64,000 nucleotides of DNA. Source: Squalus acanthias. Its lineage: Eukaryota. The position numbers and the translations under genes are program-made. Within the stretch, counting starts at the first letter, position 1. Every line of letters starts with the position of its first letter. The notes below the pieces were generated by a model. The model was given only the letters and a program-made list of their open reading frames with translations. It searched no databases and was not told where the DNA came from. Shown here one piece after another: positions 38,118-51,025 of this stretch. The stretch covers positions 130,760,001 to 130,824,000 of the forward strand of contig CM059431.1 of assembly GCA_030390025.1 (NCBI GenBank). Reading direction: 5' to 3'.

Positions 38118-38777
38118 ACCGCCTACTTCCACCTCCGTAACATTGCCCGTCTCCGCCCCTGCCTCAGCTGATCCGCTACTGAAACCCTCATCCATGCCTT
38201 TGCTACCTCTAGACTTGACTATTCCAACGCACTCCTGGCTGGCCTCCCGCATTCCACCCTACGTAAACTTGAGGTCATCCAAAACTCGGCTGCCGTGTCC
38301 TAACTCGCCCATCACCCCTGTGCTCGCTGACCTACATAGGCTCCCGGTTAAGCAACGCCTTGATTTAAAAATTCGCATCCTTGTTTTCAAATCCCTTCAT
38401 GGCCTCGCCCCTTCCTATCTCTATAATCTCCTTCAGCCCCACAACCCCCTGAGATATCTGTGCTCCTCTAATTCTGCCCTCTTGAGCATCTCTGATTATA
38501 CTCGCTCAACATTTGGGGGCCGTGCCTTCTGGTGCCTAGGCCCTAAGCTCTGGAATTCCCTGCCTAAACCTGTCCGCCTCGCTACCTCTCTTTCCTCCTT
38601 TAAGATGCTCCTTAAAACCTACCTCTTTGACCAAGCTTTTGGTCACCTGCCCTAATTTCTCCTTATTTGGATCTGTGTCAAATTTTTTGTCTTAAAATAC
38701 TCCTGTGCAGCGCCTTGGAACGTTTTACTACGTTAAAGGCACTATATAAATGCAAGTTGTTGTTGTTGTTGTTGTTG
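38118..38777 (+). mobile_element. 5'-truncated L2 LINE nested in CR1
   Basis: ITPVLADLHRLPVKQRLDLKI..GLAPSYL..GGRAF..KLWNSLP..FKMLLKTYLF; (TTG)n tail. Confidence 0.92.
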
Positions 38778-40212
38778 AAGTGTTTCCTAATTTCACTCCT
38801 GAAAGGTCTGGCTCTAATTTTTAGACTATGCCCCCTAGTGCTAGAATTCCCAGCCAGCAGAAATAATTTCTCTTTATCTACCCTATCTGTTCCCCTTAAT
38901 ATCCTGAAAACTTTGATTAGATCACCCCTTAACCTTCTAAATTCTAGGGAATACAACCCTAGTTTGTGTAATCTCTCCGTGTAACTTAACCCTTGAAGTC
39001 CGGGTATCATTCTGGTAAACCTACGCTGCACTTCCTCCAAGGCCAATATACCCTTCTAAGGTGTGGTGCCCAGAACTGTTCACAGTACTCCAGGTGTGGT
39101 CTAACCAGGGCTTTGTACAGCTGCAGCATAACTTCTGCCCCCTTGTGCTTTAGTTCTCTAGATATAAATGTCAGCATTCTATTAACCTTTTTGATTATTT
39201 TCTGTACCTGTTCATGACATTTTAATGATCTATGTACCTGAACCTCCAAGTCTCTTTGGACATCCACTGTTTTTAGCTTTTTACCATTTAGAAAGAATCC
39301 TGTTCTATCTTTTTTAGGTCCAAAGTGGATGACCTCATATTTGCTTACATTGAAATCCATTTGCCACAGTTTTGCCCATTCACGTAATCTATCAATATCC
39401 CCATGTAATTTTATGCTTTCATCTACACTGCCACCTATCTTTGAGTCATCGGCAAATTTGGATATATGACTTTCTATGCCATCATCTAAGTCATTAATAA
39501 ATATTGTGAATAGTTGAGGCCCCAACACAGATCCCTGCGGGACACCACTAGTCACATCCTGCCAATTTGAGTACCTACCCATTATCGCTACTCTCTGTCT
39601 CCTGCCACTCCGCCAATTTTCTAACCAGGTCAATAATTTGCCTTCAACTCTGTGGGCTTCTACCTTAGATAACACTCTCTTATGTGGGACTTTATCAAAT
39701 GCCTTCTGGAAGTCCATGTAAATAACATCCATAGACAGTCCCCTGTCAACTACTTTAGTCATCTCATCAAAAAATGCAATCAGGTTTGTCAGGCATGACC
39801 TACCTTTTACAAATCCATGCTGGCTCTCTCTGATCAACTGAAAATTTTTGAAGTGTTAGGGCATCTGCAATGTGCTCACCTACTTCCTTTAAAATCCTGG
39901 GATGGAAACCATCTGGTCCTGGGGATTTGTCACTCTTTAGTGCCATTATTTTCTTTATTAATTTTATTTTACCTACGTTAATTTTATTGAGTTCGTGTCC
40001 CCGATTCAATAGTAGTTTTTTTGGGATTTCTGGCATGCTATCCTCTTCTTCTACTGTAAATACTGACACAAAGTAATTATTCAACATGTCCGCCATTTCC
40101 CCATTGTCATTGACAATATCACCACTTTCAGTTTTTAAGGGGCCAACATCGCTCCTGACCACCCTCTTTTTCATAATGTAATTGTAAAAATTCTTCGTAT
40201 TGATTTTGATGT

Positions 40213-40725
40213 TGTGGAAGTGCAGTTATTGACTCGGACAAAATGGCTTGCTGGACACAAAGAGTGATCTAAAATGGCCGACTCTGACTTGTATTGAATA
40301 AAGAAAAAAATCCGTTGTCTGTTTCTCATGAAACTGAATTTAAAGTTTCAGACTATGCTGTCAGCAAAGTCTGCCAGCACAAAGAAACAACAGGCTTAAA
40401 TTGAGATAACCAAGGGCTAGTGAAGTAAACAACCAGGGCCTTGGTGAGAGAAGAACAGATAGACAGACTCCATTATGTTGAAATTAGTTAGTCTCACCGT
40501 AAGGCATTTCTTATGTGTTTTTTTAACTTTTAACTTAGCTTACCTTAAACAACATGTCATGTGATATTATCAGTGTATAAGAATACTCCATTTTATGTGA
40601 TTCGGCAGTCTGTAGTCGTAGCTAATTGGGCTATGGTTGCATTCTCCTTGCAAGTAAAATATAATAAAGAGCCTTCTTTGACGATATTGTTTAAAGAGTC
40701 TTACTCAGAAGTCGAAACTTCGACA
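40213..40725 (+). mobile_element. Solo LTR (513 bp) with ATGT TSD
   Basis: TGTGGAAG...CTTCGACA inverted termini; ATGT at 40209-40212 and 40726-40729; TATAAG ~40576 and AATAAA ~40663; the CR1 rejoins when it is removed. Confidence 0.85.
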
Positions 40726-40776
40726 ATGTCCCTTGCAAGTTTCTTTTCATACTCCCTTTTTGTAGCTCTTACTATC

Positions 40777-42222
40777 TTTTTTAAAATTCATTTATGGGAT
40801 GTGGGCATCGCTGGCAAGGCCAGCATTTATTGCCCATCCCTAATTACCCTTGAGAAGGTGGTGGTGAGCCGCTTTCTTGAACCGCTGCAGTCTGTGTGGT
40901 GAAGGTACTCCCACAGTGCTGTTAGGTAGGGAGTTCCAGGAATTGGACCCAGCGACGATGAAGGATCGGCGATATACTTCTAAGTCAGGATGGTGTGTGA
41001 CTTGGAGGGGAACTTGGAGGTGGTGGTGTTCCCATGCGCCTGCTGCCTTTCTCCTTCTAGCTGGAAGAGGTCACGGGTTTGGGAGGTGCTGCCGAAGAAG
41101 CCTTGGCGAGTTGCTGCAGTGCATCTTGTAGATGGTACACACTGCATCCACGGTACGCCGGTGGTGGAGGGAGTGAATGTTTAAGGTGGTGGATGGGGAG
41201 TCCAATCAAGCAGGCTGCTTTGTCCTGGATGTTGTCGAGCTTCTTGACTGTTGTTGGAGCTGCACTCATCCAGGCAAGTGGAGAGTATTCCATCACACTC
41301 CTTACTTGTGCCTTGCAGATGGTGGAAAAGTTTTGGGGAGTCAGCAGGTGAGACACTCACCGTGGAATGCCCAGCCTCTGACCTGCTCTTGTTGCCACAG
41401 TATTTATGTGGCTGGTCCAGTTAAGTTTCTGGTCAATGGTGACCCCCAGGATGTTGATGGTGGGGGATTTGGCGATAGTAATGCCGTTGAATGTCAAGGG
41501 GCGATGGTTAGACTCTCGCTTGTTGGAGATAGTCATTGCCTGGCACCTCTGTGGCGCGAATGTTACCTGCCACTTATCAGCCCAAGCCTGAATGTCGTCC
41601 AGGTGATGTTGCATGCGGGCATGGACTGCTTCATTATCTGAGAGTTGTGATTGGCACTGAACACTGTGCACTCATCAGTGAGCATTCCCATTTCTGACCT
41701 TATGTTGGAGGGAAGGTCATTGATGAAGCAGCTGAAGATGATTGGGCCTAGGACACTGCCCTGCGGAACTCCTGCAGCGATGTCCTGGGGCTGTGATGAT
41801 TGACCTTAAACCACCACAACCATCTTCCTTTGTGCTAGGTATGACTCCAGCCAGTGGAGAGTTTTCCCTCCGATTCCCATTGACTTCAGTTTTACTAGGG
41901 CTCCTTGATGCCACACTTGGTCAAATGCTGCCTTGATGTCAAGGGCAGTCACTCTCACCTCACCTCTGGAATTCAGCTCCTTTACCCATGTTTGGACCAA
42001 GGCTGTAATGAGGTCAGAGCTGAGTGTTCTTGGCGGAACCCAAACTGAGCATCAGTGAGTAGGTTATTGGTGAGTAAGTGCCGCTTGACAACATTGTCAA
42101 TGACACCTTCCATCACTTTGCTGATGATTGAGAGTAGACTGATGGGACGGTAATTGGCCGGATTGGATTTGTCCAGTTTTTTGTGGACAGGACATACCTG
42201 GGCAGTTTTCTACATTGTCGGA
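40777..42222 (-). mobile_element. 5'-truncated LINE family B copy nested in CR1
   Basis: Closely matches 23792-25230. Confidence 0.92.
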
Positions 42223-44235
42223 TGTTTTGTGACCCTTTGCTGTTCTTCGTATCTTTCCCATTCGTCAGGATCTATGCTATTTTTTGCATTTTTGTATGCC
42301 CTTTCCTTTAGTTTTATGCTGTCCCTTACCTCTTTAGTTCTCCATGGCTGTTTTTTTTTGGCAAGTAAAGCTCTTGCCCCTCAGAGGAATAAACTGATTC
42401 TGTATCATGTTAAATTCTTTTTTAAACATCTCCCACTGATGTTCTGTCATTTTACCCATTAACAGATTTGCCCAATTTACTTCGGACAATCTCTGCCTCA
42501 TCCTATTGAAGTCGGCCTTACCTAAATCTAGAATCTTAGTAGCTGTTTCACGTTTCTCCCTTTTAAACGCTACTTTGAACTCGATCATTTTATGATCGCT
42601 ATTGGATACATGTTCACGCACAGTAACTAAATCTGGCTCATTACTCATTACTAAATCTAATATGGCTTGCCCCCTTGTTGCCTCTAGGACATATTGTTGC
42701 AGAAAACTATCCCGAACACACTCAAGAAATTCACTACCTTTCTGGCAGGTGCTAGTCTGCTTTTCCCAATCAATATGAAAGTTAAAATCCCCCATTAAAA
42801 CCACTCTGCCTTTACTACACGCTTGTCTAATCTCTGCATTTATACAATCTAGCATTTGAGAGCTACTAACAGGGTGCCTATACACAACTCCCACCACAGT
42901 CTTAGATCCTTTCCTATTTCTTAATTCAACCCATAAGGTCTCCACTGACTGCTTACCTCTCTTTAAATCCTCTCTTATAATTGAAGTGATTTCATCCCTA
43001 ATCACTAAGGCTACTCCTCCCCTCTGCCATTTTCCCTATCTGTCCTGTAGACCTTATAACCTGGTATATTTATTTCGCAGTCCTGACTGTTCTGCAGCCA
43101 TGTCTCAGTAATTGCTACCATATCATACCCTCCAATTTGAATTCGTGCCTGCAGTTCATACAATTTATTCCTTATACTCCGTGTGTTTGTATAATGAAAG
43201 CTTATTTGGGCCACAGCTCTGTCCTTCAGCTCTGTTGCTTTATTCACATGATTCTTATTTCTCTTTCCTGGTTTAATCGCTTTACATCTTTTAGTTTTCC
43301 CTTTACCTGTAGCGCCTAAAGTACAATTTCTGACTGCTACTTTACTCTCTTCCCTTTCGTTTGTTTTTGAACAACTATTTGTACTAGTTGTATTGCAATT
43401 TTTCCCTTAGCCCCCCCCCCCCCATTTACTAGTTTAAAGTCCTTGTGACCGCCCTATTTATCCTTTCCGCTAGGACCCTGGTCCCAGACCAGGTCAGGTC
43501 GAGCCCATTCCAACGGGACAGTTCCTTCCTGTCCCAATACCGGTCCACCCCAGTCCAACACCGGCATCTCCGCATCATGACCAATACCCATGAAATGGAA
43601 CCCCTCTTTCCCATACCACTCCTTTAGCCACGTGTTTACTTCCCTGATCAGCTTATCTCTACGCCAATTTGCACGTGGCTCAGGTAATAATCCAGAGATT
43701 ATAACGCTTGAGGTATTATTGTTTAATTTAGCTCCTAGTTCCTGGTACTCCCCAAACAGGACCTCTTGCCTACTCTTCCCTATGTTGTTGGTCCCAACAT
43801 TGACCACAACGACTGGGTTCTCCCCCTCCCTCTCCAATATCCTTTCAAGCCAGTTCGAGATGTCCCTCACCCTGGCACCAGGTAGGCAACATACCATGTG
43901 GGACTCTCGATCTTGCTTACAAAGGATGCTATCTGTCCCCCTAATTATAGAATCCCCTACAACTAGCACATTACGCTTCCTCTCCTCCTCCTCCTGCCCC
44001 CTTAGGACAGCCTCCTGCTCCAAGGTGCCATGGTCCGCATTCTGGCTGTTCTTCTGACAGTCTTTATCCTTATCTTCACAGGTAGCAAGTACATTGTACC
44101 TGTTGGATAGGATCAGTTTCTGTGGATCCTCGTTCCCTTTTTTACCTGGGTTCCCCTTACTCTGCACACTATCGATCACACCAAACCCATTCTGATCCTG
44201 CACCTCTCTATGAGATGTGACTGAAGTCTGGAGCA

Positions 44236-44618
44236 AACATAAGAAATAGGAGCAGGACTAGGCCATTCGGTCCTTCGAGCCTGCTCCGCCATTCAATGAG
44301 ATCATGGCTGATCTTCTGCCTCAATTCCATTCACCAGCCTTATCGCCATATCCCTTGATGCCCTATCGACTTCTGTTTTGAATATACCCAATGCCTGAGC
44401 CTCCACAGCCTTCTGGGGTAGAGAATTCCAAAGATTCACCACCCTCTGTGTGAAGAAATTTCTTCTCATCTCAGTCCTGAATGGCCTACCCTTTATCCTG
44501 AGGCTGTGGCCCCTGGTTCTAGACTCCCCAGCCAAGGGAAACATTCTCCCAGCATCCACCCTATCAAGCCCTGTAATAATTTTGTATGCTTCAATGAGAT
44601 CCCCTCTCATTCTTCTGA
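44236..44618 (-). mobile_element. Short CR1 3' fragment nested in CR1 ORF1
   Basis: Nearly identical to 16022-16420. Confidence 0.92.
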
Positions 44619-45055
44619 CACTGTCCAGATACTCCTCTGCTCCCTTATGTGTCAGACTGTTTCTAACTTGTACTCCAGCTCAATGACCCTGAGCCAGAGA
44701 GACTCGAGGCGGAGACATCTACTGCAGATGTGTTCGCTCGGGACAGTTTCGCTGTCCACAAACTCCCACACACTGCAGTCCAGACACACAACCTGCTCTG
44801 CCATATCTTAGTCTAACTTTATTTTATTTATTTAATTAGTTAAAATCTTTATTCAACGACTATTTATAATTATATTAATTAGTTTAACTTATTAAGTTAT
44901 AAATTTAATAAAGTACGTTATAGATTCCCGCTCCTAGTTTATGCCACTGTCCTAGCTTATAGAGAAAAAGCGCTATTACTCATCCACCAATCGCCTACCT
45001 GCTGTCCTGTGACGGCACTCCTTGTTTTTTGTTGCTGTTGAAATCGTCGGAGGTA

Positions 45056-45342
45056 CCACCTCCTCACTGCTGCTGCCGCTCAGGTCCGCACTGTCCCCAT
45101 CTCTGCTGTTTTATATATTGCCACCTCCTCACTGCTGCTGCCGCTCAGGTCCGCACTGTCCCCATCTCTGCTGTTTTATATATTGCCACCTCCTCACTGC
45201 TGCTGCCGCTCAGGTCCGCACTGTCCCCATCTCTGCTGTTTTATATATTGCCACCTCCTCACTGCTGCTGCCGCTCAGGTCCGCACTGTCCCCATCTCTG
45301 CTGTTTTATATATTGCCACCTCCTCACTGCTGCTGCCACTCA
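45056..45342 (-). repeat. 65-bp perfect tandem repeat, 4.4 units
   Basis: Units start at 45056, 45121, 45186, 45251 and 45316 (partial); the four full units are identical. Confidence 0.97.
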
Positions 45343-47306
45343 AGAGGTAGGTATCATATAACATTAATCGAGGCCAGAGTGGTCTCCTGGACTAGTTTTG
45401 ATCACCTAAGGGGGTCGGAGAGGAATTTCCCAGACTTATTTTCCCTAATTCCTGGGTATTTAAGCTGGTTTTTCACCTCACCCAGAAGATTACATGGCTT
45501 CCAGGTGGAGTGGGGAGTGTATTTACATGTACAGTGGGAGCCCGGTTTAAATATGTTAATTAAGTGTCGCAACTCTCCACAGCGGGACACTCAGACGCCC
45601 CGATATCCGCCGCCGTAAAAAAGGCGCCAGGCATGTGCGCGTGCACAGCGTGTTAGAGACGCATTGCCCCATATTTAAATCTTTAACGCCCCCGATTCTC
45701 TCCCACCCGTCGTGGGGGGTTAATATCGAGGCCATTGTGTTTTTGCTTTCCACTTGTGGCTGTGAACTGGTGAAGGTCTACACATACCAGCAATGTGAAA
45801 ACAGCATTGCTGAATAGGTGGGAAGGTAGTTCAGCCTGCCTGTGGCCAGAACAAAAGATTGGCAAGTGCCACCAGTGGTGTTTTGTCTCCAAAAGGAAGA
45901 GCGGGAAACTATCTTGTGAGGTGGTGTTCATCGTCCCCAGAGGCTGACATGCCATCTCATTCAAATGAGGTATCTGTCACCTCAAGTCCTGCCCTGCTGC
46001 TCATGTGTTACCAGGTCTATTAATGTAACACTGTCACTGAAATTACATTAAAGGATAATTGCCTGTGACATCTCCTGTTTGTGCCTACAGTTTTAACTGT
46101 GCCAAGCTAGTTGCAATGAGAAAGAAGCAAAGAGAGCGTTAAAGAGATGCAAGAAGGATATGGGGAGGAAAGCTGGGCATGTTCAGTCTCCTGTTGGCTG
46201 ATCAGGTGCTAGAGCTGTACTAATAGTGGCTAGGGAAAGGTTCCGTGGTGCAGCTAGTCGCAGTTTAATAAAAAAAGGAAACTGCAGTGTTGGAGACAGG
46301 GATAGGAAACTTTAAAGAAGCAATGTTACCAATGTTATATTCTAATCTTACAGGCCCAGTGTAAATGGATGATGACCCTTTACAAACTTTAAAACTATCA
46401 CTCAACATTATTTTAAAAGTGGAATGGATTAGAAAATTGTTCAGGCACTGCATAATCCCACGGATAGTGTTGATTTTTACTATTATAAATTTATGAATTG
46501 TGTGTGTCAGGAGCGGCAGCTTTAAAGATCGCTGCACAGAACGTTCTAATTCAACTAATAATGGAATCATTTATACCCGACAGTGATTCACAAAAAAAAC
46601 TTTAAGAAATGCCTGTAAAAACCAGCCAGGAAAAAATTGTGTTGCTTTAAGTATCCTGAGATATTCTTTAAAGTGTAGCCAAATTCCACATTCTGAATTT
46701 ATGATTGAAATATGTGTTAAGGTCAGGAGATCAGTTGCACCTGCAAAATAAATACTGTTTTCACTGAATGTTTTATGCATTAAGAGTTCAGCACCAAAGA
46801 AGAATTAAATCTTTGTTTTCCATCCAAGTACTTAAAACAACTATGCTTTCGAACACATTGCATAAACAGATGACTAATGACTTATTTATGATTAAGCAGC
46901 TTTTCTGACAGAATCTCTTTCTGATGTAAGATTATATGAACAGACTTGTCAGAAAGAAATGTAATTAATTGGGAAAAAAATCTCAGGCTTCAAAAAACGA
47001 CAAACAAAAATTTGAAACAAAACAACTTGTCCATCAAGTAGTTTCCAGTGAAAATTACCCAAACTGCTGTGACTGAATGTTTCATGTTAAAAGAGAAGGA
47101 TAATGTAAGGCGAGTACTTCGAATTAATGTAACTTCCCCCTACACTTTTCTTACTCTTAAGTTCAATAGGAAATCTTCAACCCCTAAGCACAGCAAAGAA
47201 AAGCCACAAGAAACATCCATGGCCAGCTTTTCCCCCTGACACAATAAGAATTTCTCAACTCACTGGGAAACAAATAGGTTTTTGAACAAGGCTAGATTGC
47301 AGACAT

Positions 47307-48005
47307 TGGGCTGGATTTTGCCAACCTCGGCGGGTCCGTGGCAGGGCGACGTCGGTGGCGGGTCCCGACCTCGCTGCTGACTCCAGCCTGCTGTCCAAAA
47401 TGATTTTCCCTGATTGGGCTTGTTAAGCCCGCCCAGCACGTTTGCCGGCTAATTGAAGGAAGCGGGTTTGATGATGTCATTTGATGACGCATCATCAGCC
47501 GGTTTCCTTAAACGGACCATGCGCAAATTTACTTTGACAGTTGTGCTGTCAGTGTTCTACAGCATTGAGGTGCTGCAAACACTGACAAGCACTGCACAGA
47601 GGTGCACGGCTGCACCCAGGCTCTCCCATGACTCCCTCCATATGCGTATGGAAGGAGTCACAGCACGCAGGGAGGTTCTCTTCCCTTCCAATGGGCAGAA
47701 GAGACCTCTCCAGGAGATCAACGCAGCCTGGTTGCACATTGCACAGAAGGATACAAGCAGGGATGTCGTAAGGAGGACCAGGCTGCAGTGGCGCAAACCC
47801 TTCAATGATCTCAGTAGATCACGAAACGTTACTGCAAAGTCACACTTAACCTCATCCTGCTGTGCCACTCATCACGTCCCCATCACTCTGCCTTCCCTAC
47901 CCTACTCCTGCACATCCTTACTCACACTAACTTACGTTGCACCTCCACCCATCCCTCTCTATCTACATTATCACTTCCCCATCTCACTTGCCACCCCTCA
48001 CACTC
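47307..48005 (+). mobile_element. Myb-side part of Harbinger family 2 element
   Basis: Starts GGGCTGGATTTTGC; ORF AAPRLSHDSL..REVLFP..AWLHIA..QWRKPFNDL; inverted homolog of 52090-52770. Confidence 0.85.
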
Positions 48006-49520
48006 AGCTGAGTCAACACTTGTAAATTGGGTGACGCTCCTAGAGTATAAGGGTATAAGAGTAAACAGGTCTGCAGAGCACAGAGCGGTCTGCACAGAGC
48101 GGGATTAAAGCGGAGTGGACTTAAACAGAGTGTTTTATTTGGGAATTTGGAAAGAGTGGGAATTTCGGAAAAGAGGGGGAAGGAGTTGCTGCTTTTTGCC
48201 TACACTACTTGTAGTGCTTTGTGTTACAGGTAGATATTTAATTTCAGTACCCATAAATTAATCTAGATCAAGTAAGTATTCAAGAAACTACACTGTAAAC
48301 GAAGTTACCGAATTACAAATTTAATTAAATTTAATTAAATAAAACAAGGTCATATAGGGAGGCAGTGCAGGTGGTGTGCCGCAACTGCAGCATGTGGGAG
48401 TTTGTGGAGAGCATTGTGATCCCGGACAACCACGTTTGCAGTAAGTACCTGCATCTTGAGGAACTTCAGCTCAGAGTTTTTGAGCTGGAGTCTGAGGTGC
48501 AGACATTGCGGGGCATCAGTGATGGGGAGAGTTACCTGGACACTTTGATCCAGGAGGCAGTCACACCCCTTAGGTTAGGTAGTGGTACAGGTCTGGTTAG
48601 TGGTCAGGGACAGGAGGGTGTGACTGCAACTCAGGCAGGTAAGGGGACTCCAGGTGCAGTGCTGGAGGAGCCTCAGCCTTTGCCCTTGTCCAACAGGTAT
48701 GAGGTTCTTGCTGCCTGTGTGGATGAGGGAAAAGCCAGCAGGATGGATGAGCAAACTGACCATGGCACCATGGCGCAGGAGGGCTTTCAAGTGGGGGGAG
48801 TGAAAGGGAATGTAGTTGTGGTAGGGGACCGTATAGTCAGGGGGATAGATACTGTTCTCTGCAGCTGCGACCAAGATTTCCGAAAGGGTGTGTTGCCTAC
48901 CCGGTGCCAGGGTTAAAGACATTTCTCACGGCTGGAGGAGAACTTGGAGTGGGAGGGGGAGGATCCAATTGTCGTGGTCCACGTAGGAACCAATGTAGGT
49001 AGAACTAGGAATGAGGTTCTGCTGAGGGAGTTTGAGGAGCTAGGATCCAAATTAAAAAGCAGAATCTCAAAGGTAATAATCCCTGGATTGTTACCTCAGC
49101 CATGCGCAAATTGGCATAGGGACAGACAGATTAGAGGTTTAAATGCGTGGCTCAAAGAGTGGTGTGGGAGGAAGGGGTTTCAGTTCATGGGGCACTGGTA
49201 CCAGTACTGGGGAAAGAGGGTGCTGTTCCGTTGGGATGTGCTCCACTTAAACCGGGCTGGGACCAGTGTCCTGGCGAACCAAATAACTAAGGCAGTAGGC
49301 AGGGCTTTAAACTAATGAAGAGGGGGTGGGAGGATTCAGGAACGAGTAAATTTAAAAGCAGTGAGAGAAATGTCAAGGCACTAGAGCAGAGTAGAGTTTT
49401 GGGCAAAAATAAGCAGAGCGGGTCAGGAAGGGACAAAGAGAGTAACAAAGGTAATAAGGCATCAGTGACGAAGGTGACATCAGGGAAAAATAGAAATAAG
49501 TCAAAGCTAAAGGCACTATA

Positions 49521-49855
49521 CAGGAAACTTTCGTTTATCCGGCACCCTAATATCCGGAATTCTCGCTTAACCGGCAAAAATCAGGTAAGTTTTATTATAC
49601 AGACAAGACCCCGATTCTGACCTTTCGCCCCCACGAAAGGGGGGGGGTCAACGTTCTTCCGACTCCGACCTGTCGCCGCCACGGAGGAAAAAGCCGGAGT
49701 CTCGTTTACCTTCCCTCTCCGGGTCCCAATTGTTCAGCCTGTGGCCGTGTACGGGGCTCTCGTACCTTGGTAAGTATACCTCTCTGTAATCCGGCACTTT
49801 CGATCAACCGGCACCACGCCGGTCCCGTCGGTGCCGGATAAACGAAAGTTTCCTG
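49521..49855. mobile_element. Tc1/mariner-pogo-type MITE (335 bp) with TA TSD
   Basis: Perfect 26-bp TIR CAGGAAACTTTCGTTTATCCGGCACC; TA at both flanks; removal restores CR1 APE codons ALYLNA. Confidence 0.95.
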
Positions 49856-51025
49856 TATTTGAATGCATGAAGAATTCACAACAAAATAGATCAATTAATA
49901 ACGCAGATAGAAATTAATAGGTTTGATCTAATAGCCATTACGGAGACATGGTTGCAATGTGGCCAAGGTTGGGAACTAAATATTTCAGGATACTTAACTT
50001 TTAGAAGAGATAGGAAAGATGGAAAAGGAGGAGGGGTAGCCCTGATAATAAAGGATGGGATAAAGACAGTAAAGAGAAAGGATCTTAGCTCCGAAAATCA
50101 AGAAGTAGAGTCAGTTTGGGTGCAGCTAAGAAACAGCAAGGGGAAGAAAACATTGGTGGGAGTTGTTTATAGGTCCCCAAACAGTAGTTGTAATGTAGGG
50201 CAGAGTATAAATCAGGAAATTAGAGGTGCATGTAACAAGGGTAATACAGTAATCATGGGGGACTTTAATCTACATATAGACTGGGCAAACAAAATTTGCA
50301 GTAATAGTGTGGAGGATGAATTCATGGAATGTATGCAAGATAGTTTTCCAGATCAGTATGTTGAGGAACCAACTAGGGAACAGGCTATTTTAGATCTAGT
50401 ATTGTGCAATGAGAAAGGGTTAATTAATAACCTTGTAGTAAAGGGGCCTTTAGGGAAGAGTGACCATAATATGATAGAATTTTATATTGAGTTTGAAAGT
50501 GATTTAGTTAAATCCGAAACTAGGGTCTTAAATCTAAACAAAGCAAACTACGTTGGTATGAGGGGCGAGTTGGCTAAGGTAGATTGGGAAACTACATTAA
50601 AAGGTATGATGGTAGAGAAGCAATGGCTAGCATTTAAAGAATTAATACATAATTTACAACAAATATACATTCATTTAAGGCACAAAAACCCCACAGGAAA
50701 AGTGGTCCAACCGTGGCTAACAAGAGAAGTAAAAGAAAGTATTAGTTCAAAGGAAGAGGCTTATAATGTTGCCAAAAAGAATAGTAAGCCTGAGGATTGG
50801 GAGGATTTTAGAATTTAGCAAAGGAGGACCAAGAAATTGATAAAGAAAGGGAAAATAGAATGAGAGTAAACTAGCGAGAGACTTAAAAACAGACTATAAA
50901 AGCTTCTGTAGGTATGTAAAAAAGGAAAAGATTAGCGAAAGTAAATGTGAGTCCCTTACAGACTGAGACAGGAGAAATTATAATGGGGAATAAGGAAATA
51001 GCAGAGAAATTAAACAAATACTTTG

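Larger units (their letters stand above)
37895..45342 (-). mobile_element. Near full-length CR1 LINE with four nested insertions
   Basis: ORF1 with CxxC motifs (~44620-44810) and SGNH esterase (VVGDSIIRG, CLPGARV, NVGTNN; 43454-44236); APE 42334-43247; RT 38778-40200; tail at 37895. Confidence 0.92.

Noticed and set aside
45022..45618. 198-aa and 110-aa Cys-rich ORFs, or a CRISPR-like array
   Set aside because: The ORFs are by-products of the 65-bp tandem repeat; units are contiguous with no spacers and the context is eukaryotic.
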